Assembly: GCF_001194135.2 (NCBI RefSeq)
Contig: NC_068981.1
Coordinates: 172,395,742 to 172,459,741, forward strand
DNA from: Octopus bimaculoides
Lineage: Eukaryota
DNA length: 64,000 nt
Direction: 5' to 3'
The notes beneath the pieces were generated by a model. That model made no database searches and was not told the origin of the DNA. It saw only the letters and a list, made by a program, of their open reading frames with translations. The position numbers and the translations under genes were made by a program. This document shows, piece after piece, positions 25,970-40,139 of this stretch (its first letter is position 1; every line of letters begins with the position of its first letter).

Positions 25970-28900
25970 AAATCATGGAATATTTTTTTTAACATTTTCA
26001 TTATATTTGGAAATGTAATTCATTTAAATCAATTAAAAGCCTATTTAAATTAAATCAACAATTAATGATTTTAAAAGTGTAAAAACAAAAAAAGATTAAG
26101 AAAATAAAACCTCAGCTTAATAGTTTTTCCAGGTGACCCTTAACTATGGATTGGTTTTGTTTTGAAATTTGAAATTTTTTATTCATTTTTTTTTTAATCA
26201 GTGATTATTGAGTGCTTGCTACAAGGTCATCTAAACCCTCTCTTGTCTTTAACACCCTAACACATCTAGGGTAACTATTACTCTGCTCAGTCAACATTCT
26301 CTTCTGTACTGAGATAGAGAATATCATTTTTAAATGAGTATTTAAAAATTTTAAAAAAAAACTATATAAATTGTTTAAAACGGAAAAAAAGCATTATCAT
26401 TAAAAAAAACAGCAATGTTAGTAAGTTATCTCCCCTTGACACTGTTTACTTCTGCTTTCACTGGGATTGTTGAAATTTTTGGTATTTTGTATTCGGGAAG
26501 AAATAAGTTAATTCTAATCCGTCATGTAAATTAAGTTGTCCTGTCTTTCACAATCTTTTAAAAGTACCCACCCTTATTTTTGTAAGCTGCACATTTCATT
26601 GCAAGTTCATCACGAGCCCTGCTCCAACCACATACAGATACAGCATTGCCAATATACTGACCATAAATAGCACTATCACCTAGCTGTTAAATAATACCGC
26701 TGTTACAACAACTATTTACCAGTCAATATCCTCTCTACATGAACAACAGCTACCATCAATTGCACACTGCGTTTTTTGCTGCCCACTACAACTTTGCTTG
26801 CTACCACAGGTTTGGGAAAAACCAAGACCATGCTACAATGAATGATGTGCATTTCTACAATGAATGAAGAAACTTACCAAGCCAGTGATGTCTTCCTGGT
26901 GTTTCTTTTTGTTATAACTACTACTACTACTACTTCTACTACTACTATTATTGCTTGATATTCAGCCCCTTTCTGTAAATCAATGGTAATCAAAAGTAAC
27001 CCACTCCAGAAGAAATAAGTGAAAAAAAGGAAAAAGAAATAAAAAAGTTAAAATAGTTCTAAGAAGAAAAAAATGGTTAAAACATCTGTGCAATGATTTT
27101 TCTGGAGGACTACAACAATGACTTATTTCTGAAGTTACATTTTCTATCCCTCTAAGTCCGTCTCACATCCTGATTAACCTTAAACCATTATTCTGTTTTC
27201 AGAGTATATAAAAGTCTGTTAGATCTGTTACTAAACTGTTTCAAGTTTTATTTTATTACTGTTTATATTATTGTTGTTATTTAAATAACTTTTATTTTAC
27301 TTGTAGAATATTTTAGTAACAAACTTTGTGTGTGTGTGTGTGTGTGACTGCTTGGGTGTATATGTGTTTTAAATATTTGGGACATTTAGTCAGTTAATAT
27401 CTATATTATGTTTTGTATAAAGTATTAAGCTTACTTTCTAACAATTAGGGTTATAAACTAAAAAAATAATGCTAGACCAGTGACAAACTTTACATTGTTG
27501 AAATTATAGCATTGATTATCATTATTGATAAGTTTACATATTGATGAGTTCAGCTACCCATATGTATATAAACACATATGGACACACACACACACACATA
27601 CATACATACATACAAAAAGAGTTACACAATGAATTGGGAATTTATTTAAAATTGAAGTAGTTTCCCTTGCAAGCTTTGTATACATTAAACTCTGTTGATC
27701 TTTTGGGCATTGATGCAGTTTTAATTAACATGGTGGTGTTAACCTATAGCCGACAACTGATAGCATTCCCAGTATCAGAAAGGCAAACAGCTGTGATGTA
27801 ATAAAAAAAAAATAAAAAAAGATTATTAGTAGGGTAAAGATGTCTAAAATCAGAATAAGAATTTTCTTATATCTAGGGAAAATATATCCAAGAAGACTAA
27901 TTCCCTGGCATATATGTAAATAAATCAAAAGTGAACCTGTCTGTGATATACATATACTAGCATACATTTGTCTGTGTGCAGGTTGTGTATGTGTATATGC
28001 ATATTAGAATATTGAAAGTTACATTTCAGTTAAAAATTGACAAAGTTAAATGGTTAATCTACCGGATTTAGCTGAGAAATTCACCTAGCAGATAATACTG
28101 AGAAAACAATGATGTAGTGCAGTGGTAACTTTGTTTTTATTTTAGATTTGTTTGTTATTTTTTGGGGTTTTTTTAGTTCCTTTTTTTATTTATTTGTTTT
28201 TGTTTTGTTTGTTTGTTTTTTTTTCTTTTTTGTGTTGACTCAACTCTAACCACATGACATGAAATCTAACCAACAACTCAGATTCAACAAACACAAAACT
28301 GGCAGAAAAGTTGTTGATAATGTCTTGTTACACATGACATATAAACAGTACATCAAGTCCTCTGCTTCCTGCCCTTAGCCTCCTCCTCCTCCTCCTCCTC
28401 TAAGCACTATTTGTTGAATTTTTTTATTAAAAATAAAAATTAAAAATATAAAATCTTAAAAAAAAAAGTTGTTCTTTTGACTATCACTAAGAATTGTTGA
28501 AGACATTTTAATTTGTTGATTATTTCTCCTCCTCCTCCTCCTCCTCCTCTTTATTGTTCCTCTTACTGAAGACACCTTGATGTACTGTTTTCGATATTAC
28601 CTGTCTAAAAATTCCAAGACAGACTACAGAGCTTGGTAGACACTGGTACTAAGTACCATGGAAGCAATTAAGCTACCAATTATTTAAGTAATCCTGACTA
28701 CCTACACATTACCCTTTTCAAGGTCTTTTGACATATTTTATCTGCACATCAATATACATCAGTAATTGAGAGAATGAACATTTTTCTACTTATTGTTTTT
28801 AATAATATTGTGAAACTCCTTTACTTCTTCCTTCCAGTTCATGTTATTCCAGCTAAATTCTAAAAAAGAAAATAAAATATTAAAAAAAAAAAAGCTTTCA

Positions 28901-29641
28901 CTGTTTCACCTATCGAAGGATTGTTTTTCTTTTCATATTTTATTTCCCCAATATCTTTTGAGAGAATTTCTCACATCTAGAAATTATTTATTTTTCTTGC
29001 ACTCTTTTGTTTTATATATGTATGTATATCATTTTTTTTTCTACATATCTTGCAGTTCAAGACTTACCTATACACACACATATTCCCTTCTTGCTTATAA
29101 GCCTTCATTACTAATATGGATAAAATATTTTCTTCCAAGAAATATGTAGACTTCTCTGTTTAATTCTGATATTTATTTCTCTTCAAATAATGTGGTTGTG
29201 AGTATTTGTTAGCTTTTTGTTCGAGTATTTCTTCTTATTTTTTTTTCCTTTTCCTTCTAACTTCTCATAATCACTTTTACCTTATCTCTGCCACAGTCTC
29301 CCAACCCATTTGTTTAAGGGTTTTAGGTGTTGTACTTTCAGACTGGCCTATCAATGCAATGTCTTTTTTGTTCTCATTTTAGCCATCTTGCTGACTGTGT
29401 AGTTCAGGTAGGTAATAATTAAAAATGATAATGCTATTTGGGGTTCTCCCATAACCACAGTTGGGTTTTAACAACTTGTCATCTTAACGAAGGTATATAT
29501 TCTGTTTGATGTAGATAATTTTGTACTTATTAACTGAAAATAACTGTGATGATAGCAACTCAACTGACACCAACTATAGAATTTGTTTCTGATAAATTTC
29601 CTTCATTGGAATTCTTCACTTGGATTTTTTTCTTTCTCAGA

Positions 29642-29678
<37 letters not shown>

Positions 29679-29857
29679 GTCTCTTTCTATTTTTCATTTT
29701 CTTAAAATTTTGCTCTTTAGCTCTTAAGGAGATTTATCTGATTTTTTTTTTATTTACTTGTTTGTGGTATCAACAATTCCTACCTTTACAATACAGTGAA
29801 CAATAGATATAGCTCAATACTGTCATGCTAGCATGTGTCTGTCTATATTATATCATT

Positions 29858-29893
<36 letters not shown>

Positions 29894-30395
29894 TTATGTA
29901 TGTGTGTGTATACTATCCCATAGGCTCTAGGTAGAATGTTTAGTGTTGATCTAAATGCTACCAGTTCCATAATACAGGTGTCTAGTGTAATATTTACATC
30001 AGCTGCAAGCCATACAACTACTGTACTAATGGTAAGACAAATGTATAAGCATCTTGTCAAACAAATTACAGCATTAAGCTCTGGTGCAGGATAGCTAACA
30101 TTCATGTCCCCTTTGCCCTCCATATACTCATTTTTCTTATTAATTCAAGGACTAACTAGTACCGTTTCTTTACCTTGCTCCCTTTCCCTCTTTCACACCA
30201 TGTCCAAGGTTGCAGAACAACACAGCTCAGGCCTGAATTCTGTAGCTAATATTACCCCCCATGGAATTACTTTGTAACTAAGGCCTTGTATAGACTTTTT
30301 ATTAAATCAATGTTTTCAACCTACCATTTTTCATTATTTTGTTAAACTGTCAAAACACTATTGTAAATCATGCATGTATACATTAATGTGTTGAA

Positions 30396-30401
30396 AATAA
30401 A
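30396..30401 (+). terminator. Candidate distal poly(A) signal of calcineurin A
   Basis: AATAAA preceded by UGUA motifs (ttgtaaat, tgtatac) and followed by a GU/U-rich element (gttcttgtcttt). Confidence 0.35.
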
Positions 30402-31309
30402 TTACACTGTTCTTGTCTTTATCCCCCAATTTCTGCTATTGTCTTTCCTCTTCAATTCTCACTGTATCGAAAGCTCTATAGTAGGCAGTGGTTAAGAAGA
30501 AATTATTAAGGCTTTATGTATTTTAACTGTGAGCTCATTGTTTAACAATTTTCTTTTTTTACTCTATCTGTAAGATCTATCATGATCCATATTTTCTTCA
30601 CCCTGTCATAAAACCAGCATGATAGGCTCAAGTTCAGAGCCAAAGACCAAAAGAGACCTCCCCTATCCTGTAAATAAGTACATAGTTATTTAATGAAATT
30701 GGTTCAGTAAGTTTTAATGTATTCCCTCAGTTTACAAGATTTGCTGTTTTAGAGAAGAAAATTTGCAGGATGTTCTGATAAAAAGTAGAATTTAAGCAAC
30801 AAAATGCTTATTTTGCAATGTCTGCAGTCTATCTGGATATATCTACTGTACACTGCTGTAGTAACATGTATTTCTAAGGCCAAGTTTGATGTCAACAATA
30901 TAACATTAAATTAATAATTAGAGAAGGATAAATATTGGTTAAGAGAAACAAATATGATGCTTTAAATGGAGTTCAAGTCTAAAAAGTAGAAATTGTTTCC
31001 TGAAGCTGCTTGGCATTCAGCTTTAACTTAAATATTCATGACGAGAATGATTTTCATATATATATATAGACAATGCAATTTAGATTAACGTGTATATGTA
31101 TATACACATTTCATATGTCATCAATTTGAGATTTTTTTAAAAAAAAGGTTAATCTACAATTGTTATCACACTTTATATATTTAAATTAAGGATGAATGTG
31201 CACAAAATATAAAAATGAATCAAAAGTGATGAAGCAGTGAAAAACAAATACATTCTTACCAGTTACTTAATGTTTCATCATACTTTTTCTATCTGCATCT
31301 CCATGTGTC

Positions 31310-31480
31310 TATGCATGTTTACATCTCTTGTAGCTGGAGATTTTAATCTACATCCAGATTCCACAGAAGTATATCATGCAACTACATTTATACTAAAGCT
31401 TACTTTAACCTGCATGCATGTGTTAAGGCCTCATAATTTTGAAAAATACAAGCAGTGTATGCAGAAGAGCTTTCTTATAT
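31310..31480 (+). mobile_element. LINE APE-endonuclease remnant
   Basis: SLVAGDFNLHPD contains the GDFN motif. The fragment is short and degenerate. Confidence 0.35.
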
Positions 31481-32299
31481 AAGTAAGCTTTTCCAAGTAC
31501 ATCTTTGGTACACTTGTGTGAAACATGGATCTGGGTTAAACACCAAGCTGCTACAGACTGTAATATATATAAAAGATGATGCTGGCCTTGTAACTATTAT
31601 TTCTAAAATGGAAACAATTTATTTATAGCAGAGTTAACAACTATGTTAAACATATAAAGATCTAAGGAAACAAGGTTTTAGCCTTAAAAATGTTTATTGG
31701 GTGATTGTTTATCCAGAAGTCTGGATATTTTTTTCTAATAAGAACATTGGCATGCAGTGGGTGACAATTACGCAAGTAACTAGCTAAGATCATTTTATTT
31801 CTTATACATCTGGTTTGATACATTAAAATCTATCACATGTAATAATGCATTTCCTACTCAATCTTGTCTTAAACAAACATTCCAGATAAATGTAACTAGC
31901 TAATAGTGAGCTGGAATTTTTGATTGGTTGACCCAATGGCTTAAGTCTGAAAATATTTTAATTTTGAGAAATATTAACGAAAGGCAGTTTGTTATGAAGA
32001 AGTCTGATAGTTTTAGGGAAGAGAAAATGTAGACAGTTTTTTTTCTTTCTTTTTCTAAAAGTATTAGCAATATAATAGAATAAAACACTGTCGACCATGA
32101 ATTAAATTTATTTTTTGTTTCAATTCATGAAGGTCAGTGTCCTTGACCTTTTTTCATTGCTACTGAGACTGATGGAAAGAAGTTATCCAAAGACCTAGCA
32201 CCAAATGCTTGTGACAGAGGGGACTCTTCTAAAGGCATGCAACGACTGGGTGATGGATTAATTATATCACCACAAATGGGAACAGTTCCTCTGACAGCC

Positions 32300-32458
32300 T
32301 CCTAAACAGTTTCCATCTACCAAATTTCACTCACAAGACTTCAGTCAACCCAAGGCTAATACAGAGGACACTTGCTCAGGATATCACACAATGGAATTCT
32401 ACCCAAAACTACATAATTGAATAGTAAACTTCTTAACCACACAGCTATGCTTGCACCC
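32300..32458 (-). mobile_element. Degenerate family-A SINE 5' part
   Basis: tttccatctaccaaatttcactcacaag...ttaaccacacagctatgc. Confidence 0.6.
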
Positions 32459-33399
32459 ATAATGGTTCCACATGTTATAAACTTATATAAAAACAAAAAA
32501 GCTAATTAGATATTTTTATATTTGCAGAAGGAAATAACACAACTGCAGTCTCTCTCTTCTCATTTCTCCTGCCATATCAGTGAAACATGACAAAAACACT
32601 GACTATAATCAATATTTCTAGTAACAGTTCTCATCCATGTAGTGCACCTGAGCACTGTACACAATAAGTTCATTCATCCAAATAGCCATAGAAGTCACAT
32701 GCACGAAAATTATATGAAATATTCTTTCTGCTGCCACATCTTCTTTGTTACACGAAAGTAACTGTCATGAATGCTGTTTAGACGTGAATGACAGAAACAG
32801 AGTGAAAGGACTTCAACTAAGAATTGAAATTTACTGAAAGAAAACAATAATGATATTAATGGCTTCCTTACATTAGGCTGTGGTATCAAAGTTACAAGCA
32901 AGAGAAAATGAGGTAAATATGACAGTGGTATTAGTTATGTAAAATGTCCTAAAACAATAATAAAAGGTTGGCATCAACTGGTATATCCAATGAGAAGCAA
33001 CAAACAACAATAGTTTACCACCACTTCATATATAGTGAAATAGTAGCAGTAGTTGTAACATGTTTAAAGAATGTTAATTATACAAACAAAGCTATCACTT
33101 TCACAAAAACACACCATTGCTTTTTTTATATCAGTTTCAATTTCAAATAGAGACTCACATCTGCTTCCTCCTCACCTGGTGTTACTTCCAGCACATCCCC
33201 CAACTATACCACTGATTTATAATTGGTCAGCACTCATCCTGCTTTGTTCTGGGGTATCATCATAATCTTTTCACTCATTTGACTATTTATAAGTGGGTGT
33301 TTCTTTAAGCTTTATGTACTCTGACTGCGTCTGTGTGTACTCCAAAAGGATAAATTGAGCTGGGCATGATTTGATTTCAGAACTGTAAACTATCAAACT

Positions 33400-34780
33400 A
33401 CTTCCCCATTTCCAGTTAAATTGTGAGCTAGCTTGCCTCTTTCCTACAACCATCAACTCTTGAATTGCATTTACATGTTCATCATAAATTCTATACTTTT
33501 ACTGCCAACACAGAGATGTGTCAAGAGAAATATATCCTTGTGACTGCCATACATGTCCAGAGACATAACACTGTGTAGCTAAGATGAAATAGGAAATCAG
33601 GCCACTTTATCCAAGATCCCGGATATTTCACACTATTTGCCTGAATCATTCCAAATATATTCTGATGAAGTTCATACTTCTTGAATTATTTCTTTTGTTG
33701 GGCTCCATTTAAAACCTGACATAGCCATTACCTCAGCAGTTGGTATAGCTCATACTAATTCTAATACCATTATCAAATTTAGCTGATCTTTAACCCTTTT
33801 GGTACCGATCTGTCTGAGTCTGCATCTAGTCATATAATACAAAACTTCTATTTAAGGGTTCACATTTCAATTTAAAAATTCCCCCATAAGATTGTCTCAA
33901 AGCATTGGCTTAATCCTTTCCATTATAGGCACAAGACCTGACATTTTGGGAGAGGGGGGGGGGCTAGTTGATTACATTGATCCCAATGCTCAACTGGTAT
34001 TGATTCATCAACCCTGAAATGATGAAAAGCGAAGTTGACATTGGCAGAATTTGAACCCACAATGCAAACAATTGATGAAATGTTAAGTATTTTGTCTCAC
34101 TGCCTTATGATGGCTTAATAATGAAAAGTTATTTTACTAAACCCTTCCAAATTTTTAATTATTTCCCAAATTGACACCTAGATCTATGCATTTCCAGGAA
34201 ACTTCCATCATTAATAGGTTAGATCTCAGAACTGTAGACTGTCCAACCATCTGAGAGTGTTCCTGTTCTTAGGCAGCAGAACTTAATTCATCCCCTAATT
34301 TAACACCCCTGGCTGGCTTTTGGATGTCTTTACAAGGATTTAGACCATGTCTTCAAGTCGGAGATAAGTTCCATCCACCAGTCTTGGAGGATCTGAAAAT
34401 GTTCATGGCTTCCCTTCTAAATCATTTTTAAAAAATGGTAAGACATCCAACCACAAAACCACTTTGATATCTAGCTTAGTTGATATTGAATCACAAAGAC
34501 ATCATCCAGATTACAAGAGAAAATCACATTTACAATCTTCAAGATATTTCTGCTTACTAAAACTGTAGAAATAAGCATAAAATTCATATCCCAAACCTCA
34601 GGTTCATCTGCCTTTATGCTTTACAATTCCAGGAAGACCACAAGCTGAGGGTACAACTCCTTCTTTCAGACATTCAAAAAAGAAATCCTGCTGGAATTAC
34701 CTAACCTTTAGTTAGCCTTCACTGAGTAGACCTTTGATCAAATGGATTGCCATAACCATTCCGTCTTTATATATTTAGGA
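33400..34780 (-). mobile_element. Old LINE RT remnants (CR1/L2-like), interrupted
   Basis: Degenerate ECLKEGVVPSA...RPISL-like segment (34400-34760) and NSVKYPG (VKYLG-like, near 33620) on minus. It is heavily mutated. Confidence 0.4.
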
Positions 34781-35184
34781 TTACTTCATCAATTTGTGTC
34801 TATTTTTAAAAGGGTAGGATGTTATTTGAAGGAGATCTGGCTGCTATTTTGAGAAACCACACTGTCTTGAAAATGCATCTCATTAAAATTAGTAATGATG
34901 AAATAATCATGATCATCAACATAATAAATATTATTAAGGGATAATATTAAGCATAATCATTTGAATTTGCATAGTTCACACTCAGAGTCATAGAGGTGGG
35001 TGTAGGGAACAAGAATGAATGTATGAAACTTCCCAAAGTGCTATACAGAAGTGTATGTATGGATATATAAAATAAACACACATTCACAAATGCAGTCCTC
35101 CAACTCAAACGGTCCTGTCAACCCATACCAGCATAGAAGACAGGCATTAAATGGGGATGACAATAATGATGACAGCATTATTTA

Positions 35185-35249
<65 letters not shown>

Positions 35250-35398
35250 AATAGACACATGGCTTTGACCAGAAGCCCTTGTAGAAGACACTTGCCTAAG
35301 GTGCCATGCAGTTTAGATTCAGCCCAAGTACCTTGGGCAAGTGTCATCTATTATAGCCATGGAACAACCAAAGCCTTGTGAGTGAATTTGGCAATTCC

Positions 35399-35429
<31 letters not shown>

Positions 35430-35874
35430 CGTAGTATGATTTTCAACAGGAAGTATAGCTCGATCAGTTAAGAGAGTAAAGATATTATGATAAAAACTAT
35501 AAAATGTTTTGTGATATACAGCTACTCAGTGTTTTCAGACCAAAATATTAATTTATTTCACCATTTATTTATCAAGCTGGTAAAAGCAACAAAACAGTTT
35601 AGTAATTGCATTCAATGCAATTGATGTTTGAATGAGCACATGCATTTAGAAAAAGACAGAGAAACACAGGTGATAATTAACTTCACAGCAAATATAACCA
35701 ATGTCTTATGAATATCAAAAATTACATATATTAATATAAGATTTGGTCTTAGAAAAGATCTTCCATTTGATGTCACAGCTGGCACTCTCATCCTTAAGTT
35801 TCCAGATTAATGCTGAGAGGGTTGTTGCATGTCTCTTCTTGGAGGTGTCTTAAGGTTGAAAGTTTTTTAAAAAC

Positions 35875-36830
35875 ACTAGAAATGTACGAAAAATAGACAT
35901 CCTCATATGTCCAGCTATCTACTACTTAGAAGAAGTAGATAGTTTCTGCTACCTAGGTGACCAAGTTAGCAGTGGGGGAGGGTGTTCTGAAAGCATTATT
36001 GCTGATATGAATGGGCTGGTCAAAGTTCAGAGATCTACTAGCTTTGTTGGTAACAAAAGACCTCTCCCTGAAAGTGAAGAGCAGAATATATGATGATGTG
36101 TACGACTAGCTATCCTACATGGCAGTGAGACATGGGCTGTGACTACAGAGGATATGCAAAACCTTGAAAGAGATGAATCCAGCACGCTCCACTGGATAGG
36201 TAATATCAGTATGTATGTACCACAGATTGTAAATGATTTAAGAGAAGAATTAGGTAAATAAGGCATCTGATGCAGGGTGCAAGAGAGAAGACTCTGCTGG
36301 TATGGTCATGTGATGCATATGGGTGGGGATAGCTGCAAAAAGATATGTCAATCTCTAATTGCAGAGGGAACCTGTGGAAGGGGTAGATCCAGGAAGATAT
36401 GGGATGAAGTAGTGAGAAATGATCTTCAGATGCTGAGCCTCACAGGAGATAACAAAGGACCGAGATCTCTGGCAATTTGCTGTACTTGAGAAGACGCATC
36501 AAGCTAAGTAAAATCATGGTCATACATATAAGCATGTCATTTACGACCATGCCCACCCCCACTCACACACACATAATCAGTCCTCTGTCAAAACATCCCT
36601 ACAACCCATCTTCCCAACATCCCCCATCCGACTACCCATGATCAATGATCATCACCCAATATAGGCCCTCCACTTTTCTTTACGTGCCTATCCATATACT
36701 CTCCATGCTCTAACATACCTACCATTATCCTTCTCTCAGCCACTCCATTTTCTCCCACCATCACTTGCTACAGCCATGTCTTCCCATCTCCAAACATTTC
36801 TCCTCACACTTTTATGGAACATCACCCTCT
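35875..36830 (+). mobile_element. RTE-clade LINE 3' fragment (same family as 277-1062) with pyrimidine-rich 3' region
   Basis: Direct nucleotide similarity to 790-1060 (ctacctaggtgaccaagt...gggtgttctga; gagacatgggctgtgact). ORF 36277-36489 has RRLCWYGHVM and RGRSRKIWDEVV. Confidence 0.85.
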
Positions 36831-37167
36831 GAATATGTGATGCTAATGACCTGCTATAAGATGTGACGGACTCATTGTTGAGTGCTGAGTAACACTTTAC
36901 AGCTTCGTATGGCACTCAACTATGAGTTCACCACATCCTGTAACAGAAATAGCTGTAAGCTAATGAAGTTCATAAGATAATCATTTATTCCTTTGTCATC
37001 TCTTTGCTCTATAAGAATTTGGATTGGTAGAGTCAAATGGCACTGAAAACAAGTTTTTTGGCATGATGTAACACTTCTGTTCATCAGTAAAAAACACATC
37101 TGAAATAGCTGTAGTGAACCACAATCCATCTGTTGTTTTTCGATTAAATATATATATATATATATAT

Positions 37168-37645
37168 ACATGGCTGATGCCAGTGTCATGTAACTGGAAA
37201 CCATGCTGGTGACACGTAAAAAGCATCTTTCGAGTGTTGTGCCTCACGGAGGCAATGTGGCCGATGCTGGTGTTGCGTAACTAGCACCTGTACCAGCAGC
37301 ACGTAAAAAGCACCATTTGACCATTGGGCCTCGCAGAGGCAATGACAAATGACCAAGACCTTTAGCAATATGCCATGCTTGAGTAGAAGACCTATCAAAC
37401 CAAGTAAAATCATAGTCATGGAAGATACCGGTGTCACGCATCTAGCACCGGTGTCACGCATCTAGCACCTGTGCCAGTGGCACATAAAAGCAACCATTAC
37501 ACTCTCAGGGTGGTTGGAATTAAGAAGGACATCCAGTCATAGAAACCATGACAAATCAGACTGGAGTCTGGTGCAGCCCCTCAGCTTGACAGCCCTGGTC
37601 AAACTGTCCGACCTATGCCAGCATGGACAACAGACGTTAAATGAT
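37168..37645 (+). mobile_element. Family-B repeat copy
   Basis: ...gtcaaactgtccgacctatgccagcatggacaacagacgttaaatgat; reverse complement of the 41874 copy. Confidence 0.75.
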
Positions 37646-37734
37646 ATTAATCTGCATTTAAAATATCCACATGAGCAACGATGCAACTTTCCATGTGCAC
37701 ATTACTCAGATGGCAACACTATGCAGGCAGGTGG

Positions 37735-38400
37735 CAGGACCAGAGACAGAGACATAATGCTTCTGCTTTGGAGAATCTTTGTCCTCAGTCGTCTGGACTA
37801 CTGCTCCCAACTGTGGTCTCCACAGAGTGTAAAACTAATTGCGGAACTAGGGGCAATCCAATGCCACTACACAAAGAAGATAGACTCAGTAAAACACATG
37901 GGCTACTGAAAGAAGTTAAAGGAACTGGGACTCTATTCCCTGGAGAGGAGAAGTGAGAGATATGCAGTGCTATACATATGGAAAATAATGGTGGATCTAG
38001 CTCCAAATTTCAGAATCAAAATCTACAACAATCTCCGAACTGGACAGCACCAAAGATCCCATCTTCTCCATTGAGGATAAAAATCCAAAGGTCTCATTTT
38101 CTCCATTGAGGATAAAAATCCAAAGGTCCCATCTTCTCAATTCAGGATAAAAATAGCTTGGGATTCAAGGGACCACAACTTTTTAATGCCCAACCACAGA
38201 ACATAAGGGATCGGTGAGGTGTAGATATGGATGTCTTCAAAAACGTCTAGACAGTTTTTTTATCTGCAATATCAGATGAACCCACATCGCGGCAGGAGAC
38301 ACAAAGAAGAGCAGCAATGTCCAACTCACTACTTCACCAGAAGCAATACTGGAAAAATCCCTGGATGCAGTAAAGGTGGCGCACCAGTATAGCCTCAGCC
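37735..38400 (+). mobile_element. CR1-group LINE C-terminal fragment
   Basis: VLSRLDYCSQLWSP...IQCHYTKKI...ELGLYSLERRSERY matches the CR1/L2-type post-RT motif (LEYCSQVWSP...LYSLERRR). It contains stops. Confidence 0.8.
38050..38154 (+). repeat. 3 x 35-bp tandem repeat
   Basis: Unit ccaaagRtcccatcttctccattgaggataaaaat starts at 38050, 38085 and 38120. Confidence 0.95.
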
Positions 38401-39092
38401 TCTGGCTGAAAGCCATAAAGATAAAAGATATATGTGTGTGTGTGTGTGTATACCCATACATATAAGGTTGCTGAGAAGGGTCTGACCAGGAAGTTTTCAG
38501 TCATTTAAGGCTACATCTTTGAATTCCATATATGATCCATCCAATGGGCTTCCACACAATTTCCCAATTTCATCAAAAATTTTTTCATCAACACAAGACA
38601 CTTTCACAACATGCCATGAATTTACAGTGCAACGTTCTTAACAACTTTACCATTCAATATCATACTGCACATACACACACACTCACACACAGAGAGGTAC
38701 ATACATACAATTTGCACTGCATGACACTTCTTTCAGCTGTAGACTAGAGATCACAAATATTTCAGCACTTTCCATGAGGAACACTCTTCCCAATGTGTCC
38801 ATGGCATCATTGGTGCAACCAGGCAATGTCTTGGTTCTTTTGGCTCACCCTATAACATGCTTTTCTATTCCATAATTCATTGAAACCACCACAACCTGCC
38901 GGATGCAGCTGTAATTGCTCCAACAACATGTTTTATTATTCACTGAGGATTTGTTCTCTACTTTCAGCTTTGGTCTCTCTTTCCTATGTGTCCGTCACAT
39001 TCACAATGAAGCATTTCTTATTTTCTTCTCCACATATCACTCCCTTGCTAGCTTTTCTAAGTCTAATATCGGCTAGTAGTGGATCAAGATAT

Positions 39093-40139
39093 TGTAAAAT
39101 ACGACCATGTGAACCAAAGGAGATGGCGACGAATGGGAAAGACTCCTTTAAACGCGTCGTATGGTCACTACGAAAACATATAATATGACATATGAAGGCT
39201 CGCAATGAGATGCGAGCAAGTGCCAGTAAAGGAATGAAAGAGTGAGAGACAACTGTTAGACATATATATTAAGAGTAGGTTTATTAAGGCTAGTCAACTG
39301 TGTGTCTGTGTGTGCATACATGCGGCAATATGAATAACACAATATATAAGACAGGCCGTCGTTGAACAATAGTGTGTATACAACAATATGTGTGTATGTG
39401 TGTGAGAATACAAGAAACACAATACATATACAACAATATGTGTGTGCGTGTAAGTGAGAAATACAGAGCATGTAATAAGAATCTGTAATAGACTATAAGA
39501 GTCCTAAACACAGAGATAGAGAAAGTACCAGTTCATAGAAGAGTTACACAGAAGGTAGTGTTCGTACGCAAGAAGTTGTGGCCGAAATAGCAGAGCTGTG
39601 GTGTCACATGTTGTGTGTGAAGTTGAGCGTCGATGCTGAACCGGGTACCTGGTACAGAAGATTCTCGCAGGTTGTCTGGTTGTTCTTCGTGGTGGAAACA
39701 ATCCACTCAAACAGTGTTGAGATGAAACCGCGTTTGCTGTTGTTGGTGTGTACTCTGGTGGTGGTGGTGGTGGTGTTGGTGACGGAACTGTAGTAGACAG
39801 TAGATCGGTGGTGTTGGCATCGTCGATGGAAACTGGCTGGTTGGTGTGTGATCAAACGACCAGACCTGTGAGAGGTCTGAAGTCGAGACAAACTGGTGTG
39901 GTTCAAACAGGCTTATTTATAGTTAAAAAAGGGCTCACCGGAAAAGGCAGAAAACACTCTCTCGCATGACCTTAACTGAAGGCCATGACTGGTTGATATG
40001 CACCCTGGCGCGAAACAGAACTGTTGACAAATGCCGCGCAAATAAGAACCAATCAGGGTGGTGGACACAAGGGTCCAAGCGGCCGAAAGTTAGATGTTAG
40101 CCGCTTCATTACAAATGATAATGAAGCGGCTTCACTACA
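39093..40139 (-). mobile_element. Solo LTR (about 1047 bp) with ATAT target-site duplication
   Basis: Minus strand begins TGTAGTG and ends TTTTACA. ATAT flanks both sides (39089-92, 40140-43). TATAAA (39916-21) and AATAAA (about 39279-84) are in LTR order, with a CCAAT-like site near 40050. Confidence 0.7.

Noticed and set aside
36850-37110. piggyBac transposase-like remnant (FFTDE) on minus
   Set aside because: A single short motif with no TIR or TTAA context.
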